From positions 671,378,958 through 671,442,957 of the forward strand of contig NC_133617.1 in assembly GCF_048593235.1 (NCBI RefSeq): 64,000 bases of DNA, read 5' to 3'. Positions 58,207-64,000 of the stretch are shown piece by piece. Under the pieces are notes generated by a model, which did not search any database, was not told the DNA's origin, and saw only the letters and a list, made by a program, of their open reading frames with translations. Made by a program: the position numbers and the translations under genes. Numbering within the stretch: the stretch's first letter is position 1; every line of letters starts with the position of its first letter. This DNA is from Sminthopsis crassicaudata (taxonomy: Eukaryota).

Positions 58207-60173
58207 TATGCAAGAATTTTAAGAGGATTTTGAAAATCAAGGAAAAGAGATAGAAGAAAAATTGGGAAGATAAATGAGAGTGAAATAAGAATATTGTGAA
58301 AAAATAAGTCAACAGTTTGGTAAAGGAAATGCAAAAAAAAAAAAAATACTGAAGAAAATAACACTTTAAAAAACAGACCAACCAGGTCAAATGTTAAAGA
58401 AAAAACAAAAAGTCAATGAGGAGATGAATGCCTTTAAAAGCAGAATTAGTCAAATTGGGGAGAAGGGGAGAAATCCACTAAAGAAAACAACCCTTTTAAA
58501 AATAGAATTGATCACATGGAAAAAGAGATACAAGAGCCCCCTGAAGGCAATAATTCCTTAAAAATTAGAATTGAGCAAATGGAAGGTAATGAGTTTATGA
58601 GAAACAATAAACTTAAAAAACAATAAAAAAATTAATAAAAAAAAACAAAGAAACAATACAACAAACAATACAATAAAGACAATTTTAAAAGTACATAAAA
58701 ACTAGAAGACAGTATGAAATATTTCATTGGAAAAACAACTGACCTGGGAAATAGATCCAGGAGAGATAATTAAAAAGTTATTGAACTACCTGAAAGCCAT
58801 GTTCAATAAATAAATAAATAAAGAGTCTAGACATCATCTTTCAAGAAATTATCATGGAAAATTACCCTGATATTCTGGAACCAGAAGATAAAATAGAAAT
58901 GGAAAGAAATGAAAGAGATCTCAAAATGAAACTCCTAGGTATATTATAACCGAATTCCAGAACTCCTGAGTCAAGGAGAAAATATTGCAAGCAGTCAGAA
59001 AGAAACAATTTAAGCATTGTGGAATTAGAGTCAAAATACCACAGGATTCAGTAGTTTCTACATTAAAGAATTGGACGGTTTAAAATATTCTGAAAGGCAG
59101 AAGATTTAGGATTACAAATAAGAATCTCTACCTAGCAAAAGTACTTATAATCCTTCAAGGGGAAAAATATATATTCAATGAAATAAAGGATTTTTAAACA
59201 TTATGATGAAAAGACCAGAGTTAAATAGGAAATTTGATATTCAAATATCAGACTCTGGAGAAGCATAAAAAGGTAAAGAGAAAAGGGAAATCATAAGACT
59301 ATGTATTAGGTTAGCTAATAGGACAAAAAAGGAGAATGACAAATGTTGGAGAAAATGTAGGAAAAGTGAAACATTTAATGTACTGTTAGCACAGTTGTGA
59401 ACTGATTCAACCATTCTATAGAGCAATTTGGAACTATGCCTAAAGGGTTTTAAAACCATAGTAGTAATACTGCTACTAGGCCTATATCCTAAAAGAGATT
59501 AAAAAAAAAAAAAAAAAAAAAGGAAAAGGAAAAGGACATTTATAACACAAAAAAATGTCTATAATAACTCTATTCTAGGGGTCTAGGGGCAAGGAATTGG
59601 AAACTAAGAATATGATTATCAATTGAGGAATGGCTGAATGAATCGTTGTATGTAATTATGATGGAATACATTGATTGTGTCATAGGAAATGATGATAAGT
59701 ATGTTCTCAGAAAAACCTGGAAAGACTTCTATAAACTGATGCAAAGTGAAATATACTGTGAACAAAGTAGCAGCAATATTGTGAGATGGTAAGTTATGAA
59801 TGATATAACCATTCTCAGAAATACAATGATCCTCCATGGTACAGTGGATAAAGCACCAGCCCTGAAGTCAGGAGGACCTGAGTTCAAATCTGGTCTCAGA
59901 CACTTACCGTCCTAGCTGTGTGACCCTGGGCAAGTCACTTAACCCCGATTGCCTCAGCAAAAAAAAAAAAAAATACAATGTCCAAGACAACTCTGAAGGT
60001 CTTAGGATTAAAAATACTATACATACTCAGAGAAGGAAGTGATGATGTTTATTTTTCTTAAGGTTTTTTTTTTTGTTTTTGTTTTTTTGTCTGTGGTATC
60101 TTTCAAATGACTGTAATGCAAATGTTTTGCATGACCCCCCCATGTATAATCTATATTGAATAGCTGTATTCTC

Positions 60174-60308
60174 TCTTTTTTTTTTCCTCCCCTGAGGTTG
60201 GGGTTAAGTGACTTGCCCAGGGTCACATTGCTAGGAAGTGTTAAGTGTCAGAGACCAGATTTGAACTCTGGTCCTCTTGAACTCAAGTCTGTGCCACCTA
60301 GCTGCCCC
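60174..60308 (-). mobile_element. CORE-SINE with 16-bp TSD
   Basis: TSD GAATAGCTGTATTCTC at 60158-60173 and 60309-60324. Another SINE on + at about 59836-59973. Confidence 0.9.
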
Positions 60309-62460
60309 GAATAGCTGTATTCTCAATAAAGAGGGGGCAGGTAAGAGGCATGAAGGGAAAGAATCTGGAACTTAAAGTTTTAAATGAATGTTAAAAATTA
60401 TTTTTATATGTAACTTGGAAAAATAAAATGCTAAATAAATTCTTTTAAAAATAAGGGGAAAAAAAAAAAGGTTGGGAGGAGGAAGAATGCCTAGGCATTT
60501 TGAGACTTGGCTGATTAGTTAGTTTTGTTTGGCTGAAGTTTTTTTTCTCCTCATCACTTCTTTATGCTTTGTTACAAAGGATAGGGTGGAATTTTTTAAA
60601 AAGTGTTGTAAAAACAACAAAAATAAATAAACAAGCAATAAAAAACCACAATGATCCAAGATAATTCCAAAGAATTCATGCTGAAAAATGCTATCCATCT
60701 TCTGAGAAAGAACTGATGAAATGTGAATACAGATTGAAGCATACTTTTTAAAAACTTTATTTTTTTTTGGGGGGGTGGAATCTGTGTTTTCTTTCACAAC
60801 ATAGCTAATATGGAAATGTTCTGCTTGACTGCTTCTATATCAAATTGTTTGCCTTCTCAAGGAAGGGGGAAAAGTATAAGGGAAAGAAAGAAATTGGAAC
60901 TCAAAAGTTAAAAAAAAAATGAATGTTAAAAATTGGCTTTACATGTAATCAGAAAAAAAAAATGTATAGAATTCTTGCTGCCTGGGAGTTTACAATTCAG
61001 TTAGAGATTTAACAATATGTGTAGAAAAACAAAACGATTCCAGATCAAATAAATGACAAGTTTTACCTTGAAAGTTTAAAGAAAGGATCACAAGATCATG
61101 GGACCCCAAAGCCTATCTAGGTTAATCCCCTTATTTTAAAAATTGGGAAACTGAGACCCTGCAAAATTAAGTGGCTCTAATCCAGTCCAAGCTGGGAATT
61201 TTCTTCATTTCTTTGTTTCCAGGCCCCTCAGAGTCTTTCTTGATCAAAATCTTTCTGTCTTTTTCTACGGATTCCTCAGCTCATTCCCAACCTAACTGGC
61301 CCTGGATGTTTCCATTCTATTTAGTAGTTCATCAAACCACAGAGATGATCCAAACTCATAAAAGTAATAAGTGGCAGAGACAGTATTTAAAGCCAGACTT
61401 CAAATACTGTACTCATTCCTGTAAGCTGAAATGGTCAAAAAGAACTGACTAGAAAAGGTGGGTTTGGACCCAGGTTTTGAAGAATGGAAAGATAAAAGTT
61501 TGGGACTCAGAGGGTAATAGTAAAAAGTTACTATAAGAAAGCCTGCTGAGATAGTGGACAAGGACTTAGTATTCTTCTGGGGGCAGGTTCTTAATAATAG
61601 TTAACAAGCAAAAAATGGGTAGTTTGGAATATGAAATGAGGGTCTGTGTGTGAGGGCTGACAAGGAACTTGCTTCTTCCAAAGGCTACCATGAGGTGACC
61701 ACAGAGATAGCTCAGCCAGGGCAAGTGTGTGTATATGTGAGTCCTGAGGATGAGATCGACTTTGGATCCATATGATGTCCTTGTTCCAGGGACACAAGCA
61801 TGTGTGTCGGCCAGGAAGGGAAAGAACCAGAAAAGGGCAGCATTGTCTTTGGTCATTCTGGGAAAACAGAGGACCAGGATCAGGATTGAGTGACTAACAC
61901 ACCTTTCTGTCACTCTCTCCCAGTCAGACCTTATCTTAATTTCCTGTTCAAATCTTTCCTTGGCTCACTAGAGCCTCCTGCATTTAGTATTCCAAGCTCT
62001 TCTGTCTAGCATTTGAAGCTTCTGTAATTTGGACCCTATGAGAAAACAGACCCCTAGGACTCTAGCCTTTTCCAGCTGATGAATTTTCTTCCTCTTTTGG
62101 TTTTTATACCTCAGATCCCTTCCATTCTTCTCTACTGTTGCCCCAGCTTATTCCCAGCTCATCTGGCCCTACGTATTTCTGCTCTTCTTAGTAGCTCATC
62201 AGACCACAGAATCACAGAGATGGCCCAAGCTCATACAAGTAGTAAATGGCAGAGACAAAATTTGAAGCCAGGTCCCATGGCTTCAAATACTGGACTCATT
62301 CCTAATGGCTGAACTGGTCAAGAAGGACTTACTGAAAAAGATGGGTTTGAACCCAGGCTTGAAGGATGGAAAGATAGGGGTTTGGGATTCAACGGGGATC
62401 AGTAACAAGTAATTAAAATGAAGGACAATTGAGGCATAGGTAAGGACTTAGTATTCTTCT

Positions 62461-63461
62461 TTTTTTAATTTGTAATTCTTTTGAACATACTTCCATATTT
62501 GTTATGTTGTGCAAGCCCAAAAGGGAAAAAATCATGAGAAAGAAAAAAAGCAAACAAACAAACAAAAAAGGTAGAAATACTATGCTCTGTTCTGCATTCA
62601 GTCTCTATATGTAGAGGGCCGGAACTCTGTAGAAGTATCCTTGAAACAAGGTTAACTCGGTGTGATTGATGAGGTGATGATTCTCTAGTTCACATATATA
62701 CTTAGTACTTAATATGGTGATGTAATGGTTTTCTAGTTCACACATATTCAGTATGCTGTAATGATGAAATTACAATAAGGTATATAAGGGCTAAGAAGGA
62801 CTGGAAGATAGACATTCCATTTTTGACTAGCCTCATGGTGGCTGTCCAGCCTTCATCACTTCTCCACTAAAATTAAGGACTCAGGCTGATCCCGAGGTCC
62901 TCCAGAAAGCTAGCTCAAACATTACATCCATAGTTCCCTCTCTGGATGTCGATGGCACTTTCTATCACAAATCTCTTAGAATTGTCGTAAATCACCACAT
63001 TGTTGAGAAGAGCCAACTCCATCACAGTTGATCATCACATAATCTCGTTACTGTGCACAATGTTCTCTGAGTTCTACTTGCTTTACTTAGCTTCAGTTCA
63101 TGTAAGTCTTTCCAGGTTTTTCTGAAGTCAGCCTGTTCATCATTTCTTATAAAACAATGTTTCATTATATTCACATACCATAACATATAAAGCCATTCCC
63201 CAACTGATGGGCACCCACTCAGTTTCCAGTACCTTGTCATTACAAAAAGAGCTGCTATAAATATTTTTGCACTTGTGGATCCTTTTCTCTCTTTTATGAT
63301 GTCTTTTGGATACAGACCCAGTATTGATATTGCTAAATCAAAGGATATGCACAATTTTATAGCCCTTTGGGTATAATTCCAAATTGCTCTTCAGAATGGT
63401 TGGATCATTTCACAACTCCACTAACAATGCATTAGTATCCTAGTTTTTTCACATCCCCTCC
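62461..63461 (-). mobile_element. L1 3' fragment with perfect 15-bp TSD, containing a nested LTR-like insert (62610-62926)
   Basis: TSD ACTTAGTATTCTTCT at 62446-62460 and 63462-63476; T-tail at 62461. Insert is TG...CA with TCTATA/TCCATA flanks; a related fragment lies at about 46890-47010. Confidence 0.85.
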
Positions 63462-63589
63462 ACTTAGTATTCTTCTGAGGGAAGATTCCCAACAATAGTT
63501 AGCCAAGAAAAGGGAAAAGGTAGTTTGAAATGTAAATAAGGTCTATATGTAGGGGCTAACAAGGCACTTGCTTCTTCCAAGAGATACCA

Positions 63590-64000
63590 TGATGGGGGTG
63601 AAACTGAAACTGTCCAAATTCTCCTCTGAAAAAGGCCCACTCTTCGGGGCAGTTAAGTGGTCTCATTCAATTGAAGACTGTGGCCAGGAACTTGGTCTCA
63701 CCCTCTATTGAGTTGCAGATAGTCCGGAACCACTCCCAGTGGCTACAATTCCCAAGATAAGTAATCTCTTTTCCATTTAAGATCAGGGGTATTGATAACA
63801 TTGAGTGAATCTCATTCAATTTTGAATTGAAGGTGAAGCCTCAGCTAATAAAAGACAACTCTGAACCCTGAATTTTTGCAGCAGTCCTAAACAGGATTAT
63901 GCTTGCCAAGGAAGCTGTCTTAGCAAGCTGTCCTGCAGGGACTTTTGCCCATTGGTGAAGATATTCTCTTCTCAGTGCCAATAAATCCCTTTCTGCAACA
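63590..64000 (+). mobile_element. Probable LTR
   Basis: Interrupts a duplicated segment; ends AATAAA...GCAACA at the window edge. Confidence 0.45.

Larger units (their letters stand above)
56540..60960 (+). mobile_element. Decayed, internally deleted L1 (5' region, ORF1 remnant, ORF2 end, 3' UTR) interrupted by an LTR-like insert (57401-57920) and SINEs
   Basis: ORF1-like GAGTCTAGACATCATCTTTCAAGAAATTATC... at about 58820; ORF2-end motifs at 59340-59830; insert is TG...CA bounded with short tandem repeats. Confidence 0.7.

Noticed and set aside
61566-61913. ORF with faint LCGH...FLVSP resemblance to hyaluronidase exon 3
   Set aside because: No convincing DNA-level similarity to the HYAL1 exons and the cysteine pattern is missing.

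Overview
Marsupial genomic DNA, probably an Australian dasyurid judging by the WSINE1/Mar1-type CORE-SINEs and L1 3' ends (inference). It is syntenic with the human 3p21.3 cluster. Gene order: 3' part of SEMA3B (+), LSMEM2 (+), IFRD2 (-), HYAL3 (-) with NAA80/NAT6 (-) nested in its presumed first intron, then two intact, diverged tandem HYAL1 paralogues (-). I built exon-intron structures by hand with GT-AG sites and consistent phases; all frames are intact except one +1 frameshift in NAA80. Main observations: (1) the HYAL1 duplication, with W141G in the distal copy; (2) a strong-Kozak 36-codon uORF before IFRD2 whose start and stop appear conserved with human; (3) a 3.7-kb satellite in HYAL3 intron 3 that grew from an L1 motif; (4) a 1.8-kb G-quadruplex-prone VNTR in IFRD2 intron 1; (5) an L1 fragment strongly shifted AT->GC beside the CpG-rich HYAL3 terminal exon. 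Orthology and cross-species statements rest on recalled protein sequences and need database confirmation.
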